Assembly (NCBI GenBank): GCA_038239145.1
Contig: JBBSFB010000014.1
Span: 11,161-75,160, forward strand
Source: Acidimicrobiia bacterium
Lineage (GTDB): Bacteria; Actinomycetota; Acidimicrobiia; IMCC26256; PALSA-610
Length of the DNA: 64,000 nucleotides
Reading direction: 5' to 3'
Part shown: piece by piece, positions 10,582 through 20,125 of the stretch
Layout of the letters: the number at the start of each line of letters is the position of its first letter
Position numbering within the stretch: position 1 is the first letter of the stretch
Notes under the pieces: model-generated
The model's database searches: none
Seen by the model: the letters and a program-made list of their open reading frames with translations, nothing else
What the model was told of the DNA's origin: nothing
Program-made: the position numbers and the translations under genes

Positions 10582-11660
10582 GTGGTGCAGGCCGGTTTCA
10601 CCACCTCCGAGCTCGGGTCGTGGATCGCGGTCACGACGGTTGCGCACCGCTTCGGCGGGATCGACGCCGCCGCGTCGGTGCTCGTCGCCCAGTTGGCGCC
10701 CGCTGCACTCTTCGCGGGCGCCGTGGGCGCGATCGCGCGCAAGGTCGGCGAACAGACCGTCCTCCGGCTCGGGCTCGTCGTGCAGGCCGCGATGTTCGCA
10801 GCGCTGGCCGTCGTGCTCGCCGGCTCCGCGCCGAGCCACACTCTGGTCTACGCGTCGGCGGTGATCGCTTCGGTAGCGGTCACGACGGCCCGACCCATGC
10901 TCGCCGCGCTCCTGCCTGCGGTGGTCGACGACCCTCGTCAACTCGCGGCCGGAAATGCCGTGCTGGGATGGATCGAGGGGATCGCGACCCTTGCGGGGCC
11001 GGCGATCGCCGCGGTCTGCTTCATGCTCGTCGGCGCGTGGCGCGTGGCGCGTGGCGCGCGTTCGCTGTGTTCGCGGTGCTGATCGGTCTGGCGATGACGG
11101 CCGCATTCGGGCTCCGCGTCCCGACGGGCGCGGGCGCCGTAGACGAACGGGTCGACGCGGTCTCGGTACGTTCGCCGCCGTCCGGCGTGATGCCGGAGTG
11201 CGCGCCGTGCTGGTAACGACCGCGGCCTCGTCGTTCGCGATGGGCGCCCTCGACCTCCTCTGCGTAGTGATTGCCGTCGACGTGCTCGGCGGCCACGACG
11301 CGGAAGCGAGTTGGCTCAGCGCCGCGTTCGGCGTCGGAGCACTCGTCGGCGGTCGCTTGCGCTGACACTCGTCGGTGGGCGCAAGATCGTGGTGCAGGGC
11401 GAGACGGGAGACCGTTTTTGCGCGGTCACCCGGGGCGAGGTCGCCGTGATCCGAGACGGAGTCCACATCGCGACGCGCCGGGCGGGAGGGTTTCGGCGAG
11501 CTGGCGTAGCTCTACGACATTCCCCGAACGGCCACGGTGCAGGCGACGTCCGAGGTCGACGTGCCGGCGATCGACCGCAACACGTTCCTGGTCGCGGTCT
11601 GCGGATTCGCGCCGACGTGGCGGCGGACCCTCGGCCCCATGGTCACCAACTCTGAACCGG
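10582..11660 (+). pseudogene. disrupted MFS transporter fused to a cyclic-nucleotide-binding domain
   Basis: MFS-like TM sequence is split over three frames (ORFs 10582-11082, 10494-11216, 10955-11365). The cNMP-binding motif is split over two frames (...VVQGETGDRFCAVTRGEVAVIRDG... in 11311-11655, then ...TATVQATSEVDVPAIDRNTFL in 11537-12301). The distal MFS half is missing. Confidence 0.6.
11031..11059 (+). repeat. heptanucleotide tandem repeat (ggcgcgt x3 plus one 6/7 copy)
   Basis: Read directly. It lies at the first frame break of the MFS pseudogene. Confidence 0.9.
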
Positions 11661-11819
11661 CGAGACCTGAGGGCCCTCCGCTCCCCCCAACTCGCGTCGG
11701 ATCGAGGACTGGTTGGGGGACTGGGGGCGAACGGATGGTCACGATTCGGACAGGCCGAGCGGACGCCGCCCCGCTGTGGCAAGCTGCCGGAAAGGTCGCC
11801 GTGACAGGGGGGAAACGGA

Positions 11820-13235
11820 ATGGATCTGGACCGACGGGATTTCGTCAAGGGTGCGCTCGGGGTCGGCGGAGCCGCTCTGCTCGGCACCAAGTTGGGGACC
11901 TCCGGCTTGAGCTCCACGTTCCGTGGGCTCGCCGGGGCTGCGAGCCCGGGGTTGCCCGACCCTCGCCTCTCGGGTATCGAGCACGTGGTCGTGGTGATGA
12001 TGGAGAACCGGAGCTTCGACCACATCCTGGGTTGGCTGCCCGGTGCCGACGGTCAACAGGGTGGGCTCGAGTTCGACACGCCCGACGGCACGTCGCACAA
12101 GACGTTCCATCAGACCCAGCTCGACGGTTGCGGGTTCGCCGACCCCGACCACTCGTACAACGGCGGTCGCATCCAATACAACAAGGGAAAGATGGACGGG
12201 TTCCTTCTCGACACCGAGAACGACCCGTTCGCGATCAGCTACTACGAGCGCGCCGACCGTCCGTTCATGGGGGCGCTGGCGAAGCATTACGTCACGTGTG
12301 ACCGGTACTTCTGCTCGATCCTCGGCCCGACCTTCCCGAACCGGATCTTCCAGCACGCCGGACAGACCGACCGCCTGTCGAACACGTTGAACGCGTCGAC
12401 GCTGCCGACGATCTGGGACCGACTGAACCGCCCCGGCGGACCGACGGGCCGTTACTACTACAGCGACCTTCCGATCCTCGCGCTGTGGGGTGCGAAGTAC
12501 CTGCCGATCGCGACAAAGGTCTCGCAGTTCATGACCGACGCGGCCGCGGGCACGTTGCCGAACGTGTCGTGGGTGGATCCGGGCTTCGCCGGTGAGGCGG
12601 CCGGCACTGCCAACGACGACCACCCCGCGTCCGACCTCCGCGCCGGCGACTCGTTCTTGTCGTCGATCTTCCACGCGGTGTCGAATGGCCCGGGTTGGGA
12701 CAAGACCGTGCTGGTCATCAACTACGACGAATGGGGTGGCTTCTACGAGCACGTCCGCCCGCGCCGGGTGACGCCCGGTCTCTCGCTGGGCGTCGATCCG
12801 CACACAGGCATCGATCAGGACCTCGACGCGGACAACAAGGTGCTGACGGGCTTCCGGGTCCCGTGCATCGTCGCGTCACCGTTCACGCGTCGAGATCCCG
12901 GCGCCTCGGTCAACCACGGCTTCTACGACCACACCTCGGTGCTGAAGATGATCGAGTGGCGTTGGGGCCTCGCGCCTTTGACGCAACGGGATGCGTCGCA
13001 CGCTGCGACCGATCCGGGCAACCTCGCCAACGTGCTCGACTTCCGGAAGCCGAATGTCAAGGTCCCGGCCGCCGTTCCGGTGCTCGGGCCGTTCGTCCCG
13101 AAGGGGTGCACACCCGCCCCGGCGGCGCTGACGTCGAAAGCGGAAGGTCTGGCCGCCGTGGCCGACATCGACGCACCGGGCCGCGAGGACTGGCGTGCGC
13201 TGAAGGACTCCGGGCTCGTCGACAGCTGGGCGTGA
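11820..13235 (+). CDS. phosphoesterase-family phospholipase C / acid phosphatase, Tat-secreted
   Basis: ORF 11820-13235. Twin-arginine signal MDLDRRDFVKGALGVGGAA and the phosphoesterase signature IEHVVVVMMENRSFDHILGWL. Confidence 0.9.
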   Translation: MDLDRRDFVKGALGVGGAALLGTKLGTSGLSSTFRGLAGAASPGLPDPRLSGIEHVVVVMMENRSFDHILGWLPGADGQQGGLEFDTPDGTSHKTFHQTQLDGCGFADPDHSYNGGRIQYNKGKMDGFLLDTENDPFAISYYERADRPFMGALAKHYVTCDRYFCSILGPTFPNRIFQHAGQTDRLSNTLNASTLPTIWDRLNRPGGPTGRYYYSDLPILALWGAKYLPIATKVSQFMTDAAAGTLPNVSWVDPGFAGEAAGTANDDHPASDLRAGDSFLSSIFHAVSNGPGWDKTVLVINYDEWGGFYEHVRPRRVTPGLSLGVDPHTGIDQDLDADNKVLTGFRVPCIVASPFTRRDPGASVNHGFYDHTSVLKMIEWRWGLAPLTQRDASHAATDPGNLANVLDFRKPNVKVPAAVPVLGPFVPKGCTPAPAALTSKAEGLAAVADIDAPGREDWRALKDSGLVDSWA

Positions 13236-13294
13236 TCGCCGCGGAAATCTGAGCGAACGCAGGCACACTTCTTTCGAATCCGGGGGGAACGAAT

Positions 13295-14581
13295 ATGCGG
13301 TATCTGCGCGTGATCGCGGGTGTGGTCGCGCTGGCGTTCGCGTCCAGCGGGTGCACGTTGTTGGGGGCGGCGAACCGATGGGTGGCGTCGCCGACGACGA
13401 GCGACGAGCCGTTCTGGTGCACGCCGACGCCGGGGACGCCCCTCGGTACGTCCGACTGTCAGGTGTTCTCTGCGCAGCTCGACGTCGCGTCGCTCACCGC
13501 ATACGCACACGATCACGCGTCCCAGGCCGTCGCTGACGGCGCGACGACGACGGGCTACGTCGCCGGGCTCGGCGCGCCATTCACGTTCGCGGCGCCGCCG
13601 AGCACGTTCGACTACCGCCATCCCGACACGCTGCTCTACGACGGCATCGGTTCCAGCGCGCAGGTGGCGGCGCTCGAGTGGAACGTGAGCTCGGGCGCGA
13701 CCCCACCTGACGGCTTCCCCGGCACGAACGACGTGTGGACGAGCCTCGGTGGTGGCATCTGGCAGTTGAAGGTGTGGATCCTGCGGCCGTTCCAGAACGA
13801 GGTGAACGTCTTCGCCGCCTCGCATCCGTGTCTCGGCGCGATCGGTGGCACCTACTCGCTCACCGACGCCTGCTACACGTCGACGCACCCCGACAAGTTG
13901 GAGATCCTGGTGTCCAACGACGACGGGTACAACGCGCCCGGCATCGATGCTGCGGTCAACGCGCTGCTGGCGCTCCCCAACGTGCACGTGACCGTGTCCG
14001 CGCCGGCGACCGACAAGAGCGGCACCGGCGGCACGACGTCACCCGACCCGCTGACCGCGACGCTCAAGACGACGATCAGCGGTCACCCGGCCTGGGCGGT
14101 CGACGGATACCCGTCCGACTCCGTCCGGTACGCCCTCAACAAGCTGAAGGTGAATCCCGACCTGGTCGTGAGCGGGATCAACAACGGACAGAACCTGTCG
14201 CTGCCGGTCATCGGGATCTCGGGCACGGTCGGGGCGGCCCGCACGGCGGCGCGCGCGTCCATCCCGACGGTCGCCCTGTCCCAAGGTGTCGGTACGCCCG
14301 ACGACTTCCCGAGTGGGGCGGTCGCAATGACGAACTGGGTCGACCGTTTCCTTCTGGGCCGAGCGGGTCCGCCGTTGAACGAGACGGTCGTGAACGTCAA
14401 CATCCCGACGTGTGGGGCGACAGGCTCGATCCGGGGCACGCTCGTACTTCCGGCCGCGACGTCGTTCTCGGGCGCCTTCGGTGCATCCAACTGCGGCTCG
14501 ACCGCGACGGGCTTCACCACCGACGTCCAAGGCTTCGTGAACGGCTACATCACCGAGACGAGCATCGGGACCGGTTCCTGA
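13295..14581 (+). CDS. lipoprotein with a C-terminal SurE-type 5'/3'-nucleotidase domain
   Basis: ORF 13295-14581. Lipobox LAFASSGC. An N-terminal domain of about 200 aa is unrecognised. The SurE signature ILVSNDDGYNAPGI follows, with the remainder of the SurE fold. Confidence 0.8.
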   Translation: MRYLRVIAGVVALAFASSGCTLLGAANRWVASPTTSDEPFWCTPTPGTPLGTSDCQVFSAQLDVASLTAYAHDHASQAVADGATTTGYVAGLGAPFTFAAPPSTFDYRHPDTLLYDGIGSSAQVAALEWNVSSGATPPDGFPGTNDVWTSLGGGIWQLKVWILRPFQNEVNVFAASHPCLGAIGGTYSLTDACYTSTHPDKLEILVSNDDGYNAPGIDAAVNALLALPNVHVTVSAPATDKSGTGGTTSPDPLTATLKTTISGHPAWAVDGYPSDSVRYALNKLKVNPDLVVSGINNGQNLSLPVIGISGTVGAARTAARASIPTVALSQGVGTPDDFPSGAVAMTNWVDRFLLGRAGPPLNETVVNVNIPTCGATGSIRGTLVLPAATSFSGAFGASNCGSTATGFTTDVQGFVNGYITETSIGTGS

Positions 14582-14597
14582 CGCGATCTGGTTGCGA

Positions 14598-15458
14598 TCA
14601 GGTATTGGTGTCGTCCGGCGGCGTGAGCATGGGGTCGGGGAGCGGAGCCGAGGTTGCGACAGTGGGAGCCGGCGCCACTTCGGGGAGCCCGACCGTGTAG
14701 CTCGTCATCGACAGTGAGCCGTACGCGTAACCGTCGACCAGTACCTCGGCGCGAGCCCCGGCGCCGGCGGCGAGGCCGGCGACGTACAGGAGCGGGACGA
14801 AGTGATCGGGCGTGGGGACCGCGCGCTCGAAGTCGGGGTGATCGCGCACACCGACGATCGTGTCCGGTGCCGTCGTCATGCGCGCGCGTGCGTCCTCGTC
14901 GAAACGCCGGGCCCAGTCGAAGGCGCCGGCGGGGCGACCCCAGTCGACGGCGCCCAAGTTGTGGACGACGTTCCCGCTGCCGACGATCAGCACGCCGCGT
15001 TCGCGCAGCGGCGCCAGCTTCGTGCCCAGGTCGAGGTGGTACTCGAAGGGTTGCTCGGCGTTGATCGAGAGCTGCACGACCGGGACGTCGGCGGCGGGGA
15101 ACGCGTGCACGAGGACCGACCAGGTGCCGTGATCGATGCCCCAGCTGTCGTGATCGAGCCCGATCCACGTGGGGTGGACGAGATCGGCCACCTCGGCGGC
15201 GAAGTCCGGGTCGCCGGGGGCGGGATACTCGACCGCGAACAGCTCGGGCGGAAACCCGTAGAAGTCGTGGATCGTCTTCGGCCGCGCCATGGCGGTGACG
15301 GCCGAGAGGTTCACGTACCAGTGCGCGGAGACGACGAGAATCGCCCGGGGCCGGGCCAGGTCGGCGCCGAAGTTGCGCCAGGCCTCGGTGTAGCCGTTCT
15401 GTTCGAGCGCGTTCATCGGGCTTCCGTGCCCGAGGAAGGCCGCCGGCATCATCTCCAC
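14598..15458 (-). CDS. 4,5-DOPA dioxygenase extradiol-like (class III extradiol dioxygenase, YgiD family)
   Basis: ORF 14598-15458. [18 protein letters not shown]...ILVVSAHWY...IHDFYGFP is characteristic of the family. Confidence 0.85.
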   Translation of the reverse strand: MEMMPAAFLGHGSPMNALEQNGYTEAWRNFGADLARPRAILVVSAHWYVNLSAVTAMARPKTIHDFYGFPPELFAVEYPAPGDPDFAAEVADLVHPTWIGLDHDSWGIDHGTWSVLVHAFPAADVPVVQLSINAEQPFEYHLDLGTKLAPLRERGVLIVGSGNVVHNLGAVDWGRPAGAFDWARRFDEDARARMTTAPDTIVGVRDHPDFERAVPTPDHFVPLLYVAGLAAGAGARAEVLVDGYAYGSLSMTSYTVGLPEVAPAPTVATSAPLPDPMLTPPDDTNT

Positions 15459-15467
15459 GAGAGTGTT

Positions 15468-16628
15468 CTAGCCCGCGGGATCCGCTACCCGGTCGTCGGC
15501 CCAGCTCATGATCGTCGTGAAGTAGTCCGCGGGCGACGACGGATCGGTGTTCGTGAGCCCCGCCGATGCGATCGTCACTTGATGCTTGTCGCACATTGCG
15601 CCCGGCGCGGTCGACACGCACAGGGGCAGGTTCTTCGAACGGCTGCCCGTACCTTGCGCCGTGATCGCCGCAGCGAGGGGTTGGTGCTTGCAATCGGTGA
15701 CCGTCGACACCTCGGTGCTCCCGTTCGGCAGTGAGCACGACATCGTGGCGGTGCCGCAGTCGTTCGAGTCGTCGTGGTTCCAGATGTGGAGGAGCGGAAC
15801 TGTGAGCCTGCCACTCACGACGAGCTTGTCGACCTCGTTGGCGGGAGCGGCGACGGCCGGATCGACACGTGCGGCCACACCCGCCTGACCGGCGGGGCTG
15901 TAGTCACCCTTCCGGCATGCACCCTGGTTGTACGCGGCGGTGTCGGTCTCGGCGTTGATGACGCTGGCGTCGGCGACGACCCCCGCGGGTGCGATGCCCT
16001 GCAGCTGGAGCGCGTACGCCACGTAGTAGGCGCCCGCGGAACCGGCGCTGGCACCGTGCAGGATGGTCTTCGAGGTCGGGAACAGGGCCTGCGCGAATTG
16101 GATCGCGGCCTTCGTCGCGAGCAGTCCGTTCGTCGTCCGCGTCGATCCGTCGGCCAGCAGGTTCGGATCGTGAGGATCGGTCTGACCGGTCCCGCTGTAG
16201 ACGTCGCGGTTGCAGTACGAGACGGCGAGCAGTCGGTACGCGGCGGGATCCGATCGCACCCGGGCCATCAACGCGGTGCTCAGCAGGTTGCCCCGTTGGG
16301 CGCCGGGTAGCTCCTCGGTCATCTGGGTCGCGTCGGGAACGGGAGTTCCGGTCGGGTCGAAGAAGCCGGCGCCGCCGCCGTGCAGGAACGCCCACATCGG
16401 CGCAATCGCCGTCGCTGACGACCCGACCTTGGTCGCGATCGTGAACGTCTGGTAGCCGCTGATGCTGCACGGATAGGCGATGTTCCGGTAGAAGTCGAAC
16501 CGCCACCCGGATTGGGTCGTCGAGCTCACCAGGGCGATGTGGCTCGTGTCTCCCGGAACGTTGATGCAGCCCGCGGCGGCGACGACCAACGTGAGCACGG
16601 CGACGACATTCCTGATCCGGACGACCAT
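15468..16628 (-). CDS. secreted lipoprotein, alpha/beta-hydrolase-like (GxSxG), Cys-rich
   Basis: ORF 15468-16712. Start moved to MVVRIRNVVAVLTLVVAAAGC (signal plus lipobox). Putative nucleophile elbow HGASAGS. Many Cys residues suggest disulfides. Family not recognised precisely. Confidence 0.6.
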   Translation of the reverse strand: MVVRIRNVVAVLTLVVAAAGCINVPGDTSHIALVSSTTQSGWRFDFYRNIAYPCSISGYQTFTIATKVGSSATAIAPMWAFLHGGGAGFFDPTGTPVPDATQMTEELPGAQRGNLLSTALMARVRSDPAAYRLLAVSYCNRDVYSGTGQTDPHDPNLLADGSTRTTNGLLATKAAIQFAQALFPTSKTILHGASAGSAGAYYVAYALQLQGIAPAGVVADASVINAETDTAAYNQGACRKGDYSPAGQAGVAARVDPAVAAPANEVDKLVVSGRLTVPLLHIWNHDDSNDCGTATMSCSLPNGSTEVSTVTDCKHQPLAAAITAQGTGSRSKNLPLCVSTAPGAMCDKHQVTIASAGLTNTDPSSPADYFTTIMSWADDRVADPAG

Positions 16629-16674
16629 GGCGAATCCCCTTCTCCGACGAGATCCGAAGTCGAGCCCAGGTTCG

Positions 16675-17151
16675 TCAGGGAATTGTGATCGAACCGTGAG
16701 GATCGTGGCCAACCCTGCCCGCCGCGTGGCGGTCGCAGCGGCCGAGGAGGGCGGAGTGGCCGACGTGGAGATCGAAGCCGTACTGACGGTGGAGTGTCTC
16801 CCGGAGATCGTCGAGCAGCGCCATCGGGGCGTCGATCACGACGCCACACTCCTCGCACACGAGATGATGATGGGTTACGCCCATGTGGTACACGGAAGCC
16901 CCGTGCCCGACGTGCGTGTGCTCCACCACGCCGAGCTTCTCCAGCGACTCCAGTGTCCGGTAGACGGTGGAGAGGTGCACCTCGGGGTGCCGGTGCTGGA
17001 TGAACCCGGCGAGGTCTTCGGCGGTCAGGTGTGCGGGTGCGTCGATGAGCGTCGCCACCACGAGCCGGCGCGCGGTCGTGACGCGGGCGCCGGTCTCCCG
17101 GATCCGATCGAGGACCGCTTCGACCTCGGGTGTGTCGGTCAAGAACGTCAT
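16675..17151 (-). CDS. Fur-family metalloregulator
   Basis: Last 158 aa of ORF 16675-18087 from MTFLTDTPEV. Winged-helix region LSTVYRTLESLEKLGVV and metal site HHHLVCEECG. The start overlaps the nikO-like stop by 4 bp. Confidence 0.85.
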   Translation of the reverse strand: MTFLTDTPEVEAVLDRIRETGARVTTARRLVVATLIDAPAHLTAEDLAGFIQHRHPEVHLSTVYRTLESLEKLGVVEHTHVGHGASVYHMGVTHHHLVCEECGVVIDAPMALLDDLRETLHRQYGFDLHVGHSALLGRCDRHAAGRVGHDPHGSITIP

Positions 17152-17978
17152 GCGTGCCGGCAGTCGTGATGGTCCCGTCCGTGCGGATGTGCATGCGCGA
17201 CCCCGTCGTGCTCGTGCGGGTGCTCGTGCACGAGGTTCGCGGCAACGAGCAACTCTCGGTCGTCGAGGATGTGTGCGGTAGGTCCCTCGCCCGCGATCCG
17301 ATGATCCTCGGTGAACACGATGCAACGATCGGCGAGCCGCTCGAGGGTGTTGAGGTCGTGGGTCGCGAGCACGATCGTCTTCCCCGACGCGTTGAGCTCC
17401 ACGATGAGCTCGATGAGCCATTCCCGGGTGCGGGGATCGAGCGCCGCCGTCGGTTCGTCGAAGAGCAACACTTCGGGATTCATGGAGAGCACCGATGCGA
17501 TCGCGACGCGCTTCTTCTGACCGCCCGACAGCTGGTACGGCGCGCGGTCGGCCAAACCGGAGATGCCGAGCATCGCGAGGGTGTCTGCGACCCGAGCCGA
17601 CGCCTCGTCGCGACTCAGACCCATGTTCAGCGGGCCGAACGCGACCTCTTCCCTCATCGTGGGCGAGAACACCTGGGCATCGGAGTTCTGGAACACGAAG
17701 CCGATGCGGCCGCGGAAGGCCTGGGAGAACTGATCGTCCTCGAGGGCGTCTTCGGTGACGTCGACGTCGAACGCGGTGAAGCGACCTCGGTCGGCGAAGA
17801 TCAGACCGTCGAGCAGCTTCAACATCGTCGACTTGCCGCATCCGTTCGCGCCGAGCAGCGCGACCTTCTCGCCCCGTCGCACCGACAGCGACACCTCGTC
17901 CAACGCGGGAAAGCGCTCGAGGTACGAATACGACGCCGCGTCGACGACGAAGACCTCCGTCGGCTTCGCCATCGTCAA
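17148..17978 (-). CDS. Ni/Co ECF-type transporter ATPase (CbiO/NikO-like) with a His-rich C-terminal tail
   Basis: ORF 17148-17978. Walker A GANGCGKST, signature LSGGQKKR, Walker B LLFDEPT. Tail HEHPHEHDGVAHAHPHGRDHHDCRHA. Confidence 0.9.
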   Translation of the reverse strand: MTMAKPTEVFVVDAASYSYLERFPALDEVSLSVRRGEKVALLGANGCGKSTMLKLLDGLIFADRGRFTAFDVDVTEDALEDDQFSQAFRGRIGFVFQNSDAQVFSPTMREEVAFGPLNMGLSRDEASARVADTLAMLGISGLADRAPYQLSGGQKKRVAIASVLSMNPEVLLFDEPTAALDPRTREWLIELIVELNASGKTIVLATHDLNTLERLADRCIVFTEDHRIAGEGPTAHILDDRELLVAANLVHEHPHEHDGVAHAHPHGRDHHDCRHA

Positions 17979-18898
17979 CGGCCCATCGTCCGGTCGAGGC
18001 CGAGGGCCGCCACACCGGTGGCCACGCAGGCCGACGCGAATGCGAAGTCGTAGAAGCGCACGCGGAACGTGCTGAGGCTCCGCGCATCGCCGATGTACCC
18101 CCGGGAGACCATGGCCATGTGGACGTCCTCGGAGAGCGCCTGGGCCTTACCGAACAGTGCGCCCGCTGACGCCGCCACGAATCGTCGCCCCGCGCGGACG
18201 TCGGTGATCCGGGTCACGGTGCGCGCGGTGCGAGCCGTGTACATGTCGGTCACCGCGCCCAGGAGCTGGAAGAGGTACCGGTACGCCATCCCGAGCACCA
18301 GGATCAACACGCGCGCGACGTAGAACGCGCGCAGCGCGGCGAGCAGTTTCGTCCACGGCGTCGTGATCGTGAGGAGGACCACCAGGGAGATCGACGTGGC
18401 GACCCGGGCCACGATGAGGCCGGCCGCGGTCAGCCCCTGCCGGGTCAGGCCCACGTGGTGACCGAACCAGATGCCGAACGACACGACGATCTGGCCGTGC
18501 GTGATGACGTTCAGCGTGGCCGGGAGGACGACGACGCCGGTGAAGATCGGGATGAACAGCCAGACGCGCTTCACGAAGAACCCGAGCGGCAGGCTCGAGG
18601 CGCGGGCGAGCACGAGCGTGGCGGCGTAGAGGCCGACGAGCACCGGGATGTGGCGAACGAACGCGGTCGCGACGAGCAGCCCGAAGAGCGTGACGACCTT
18701 GACGCGTGCGTCGACTCGCTGGAGCAGGCCGTTGGTCCCGGCGAGGTCGTCGGAGAAGAGCGCCTGGTGCAGGACGGACGCCGCCCCGCGCATCGTCTTG
18801 TCGACGAAGCTCCCTTTGCGGCGCTTACCGATACAGCCGCACGGGCACAGTCCGACTTCCGGGTCGAGCAGCCACGCGGGCGTGGCGGGCGGGCTCAT
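17975..18898 (-). CDS. CbiQ/NikQ-type transporter transmembrane (T) component
   Basis: Last 307 aa of ORF 17975-19585 from MSPPATPAW. Multi-TM, with the conserved C-terminal ...MAMVSRGY... motif. 4-bp overlaps at both ends. Confidence 0.85.
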   Translation of the reverse strand: MSPPATPAWLLDPEVGLCPCGCIGKRRKGSFVDKTMRGAASVLHQALFSDDLAGTNGLLQRVDARVKVVTLFGLLVATAFVRHIPVLVGLYAATLVLARASSLPLGFFVKRVWLFIPIFTGVVVLPATLNVITHGQIVVSFGIWFGHHVGLTRQGLTAAGLIVARVATSISLVVLLTITTPWTKLLAALRAFYVARVLILVLGMAYRYLFQLLGAVTDMYTARTARTVTRITDVRAGRRFVAASAGALFGKAQALSEDVHMAMVSRGYIGDARSLSTFRVRFYDFAFASACVATGVAALGLDRTMGR

Positions 18899-19968
18899 GC
18901 GCCGATCCGCTCGAGCTCGTCGGCACGGCCGCCCTTGCGCCGTACCACGCGCGCGAGCGCGAAGACGACGAGGATCACGCCTGCGATCACCGCGATGCCG
19001 ACACCCGCGGAGAGTAGGTAGCCGAGCGTCGGGTGGCGATCGTGGCTGAAGTCGTAACCGTTGAAGATCGCGCTGTGCCAGAAGCCGGCGTAGTGGCGGA
19101 GGCCGCTCGGCACCGTGTTCAGGTGGTAGCGATCGAGCGAGAGGTTCGACGGACTGGATTCGCCGAACGCGGTGCCGGGGGCGAGGAGCCCGAGCGGGGT
19201 GAGCGCGATCACCAGCCCCAACCCGGCGAGGCTCCAACGCCACGCGTTCCGTTTCGGCGGTGCGACGTCGGCATCGGTGGCGGACGCGGCCGCGTGGTTG
19301 ACGCGCAGGAGAGGAAGGTTCGCGCGCTGGAGATACGCGACCACGCCCGCGGTCAACGCGAACTCGGCGCCGCCGGCGACGGTCAGGTGGGCCAGCATCA
19401 TCGCGGGAACCGATTGCGAGAGATGGAACGGTGCGTACAGCGGCGTGCCGTTGGCGGAGTGGAACAGCGTCGGTTGCAGACCGAGCTCGGTCGCCGCACA
19501 GAGCGCGGCCGCATTCAACCCGACGTAGCTGCCGGCGCCGGCGGCGACCGCGCGCCGCCGCGATGTCAGCGGGACATTCCGGCACATCGCCCAGTACACG
19601 CCGTAGCCGACCGTCGGCATCACAAAGGCCATGTTGAACGTGTTGGCGCCGTAGGCCAGCACGCCGCCGTCACCGAAGAACAGGGCCTGGATCAACAGCG
19701 AGACGCTCACCGCGATCACCGCGGCCCACGGTCCGAGGATCACTGCGATAAGGACCGCGCCGACCGCGTGAGCAGTCGTGCCGTCGGGGATCGGGACGTT
19801 GAACATCATGATCAGAAAGCAGTACGCGGCGCCGATTGCGACCAGCGGTACGTAGCGGCTCTTCACGATCTTGCGGACCCGACGCCCGGCCGTGACCCAC
19901 ACCGGGACCATTGCGACACCGAAGGCGCCACACGTCTCGGGGCTCAGATATCCATCCGGAATATGCAC
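18895..19968 (-). CDS. CbiM/NikM substrate-capture component fused to a C-terminal NikN/PDGLE-like TM domain
   Basis: ORF 18895-19968 with a GTG start. N-terminus MHIPDGYLSPETC is diagnostic for CbiM/NikM. An extra extension of about 130 aa carries two TM segments. Confidence 0.85.
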   Translation of the reverse strand: MHIPDGYLSPETCGAFGVAMVPVWVTAGRRVRKIVKSRYVPLVAIGAAYCFLIMMFNVPIPDGTTAHAVGAVLIAVILGPWAAVIAVSVSLLIQALFFGDGGVLAYGANTFNMAFVMPTVGYGVYWAMCRNVPLTSRRRAVAAGAGSYVGLNAAALCAATELGLQPTLFHSANGTPLYAPFHLSQSVPAMMLAHLTVAGGAEFALTAGVVAYLQRANLPLLRVNHAAASATDADVAPPKRNAWRWSLAGLGLVIALTPLGLLAPGTAFGESSPSNLSLDRYHLNTVPSGLRHYAGFWHSAIFNGYDFSHDRHPTLGYLLSAGVGIAVIAGVILVVFALARVVRRKGGRADELERIGA

Positions 19969-20029
19969 GCGCCCCCCGTCGTCCTGCCGCGCGTTCTATC
20001 TGCGAGGTGTTCGCATCTCGGGGGGCGCG
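19968..20029 (-). promoter_or_regulatory. RBS-sequestering stem-loop in the nikMN leader
   Basis: mRNA 5'-CGCGCCCCCC (20029-20020) pairs with GGGGGGCGCG (19977-19968). The 3' arm contains the G-rich Shine-Dalgarno and the first base of the GTG start. The loop is 42 nt. Confidence 0.4.
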
Positions 20030-20077
20030 CGGATGGCGAAGCGCACGAGTTTCCGGAAGACCGCGATCCGCGCTCGC

Positions 20078-20125
20078 GAAAAGCGACTGCATCGCGGCGC
20101 AGGTTGCGCCGAGATGCAGTCGCTT
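20078..20125 (-). terminator. putative intrinsic terminator after the His-rich protein gene
   Basis: A 13-bp perfect stem (aagcgactgcatc / gatgcagtcgctt) plus an inner 6-bp stem. On the minus strand it is followed by TTTTCGCG. Confidence 0.5.
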
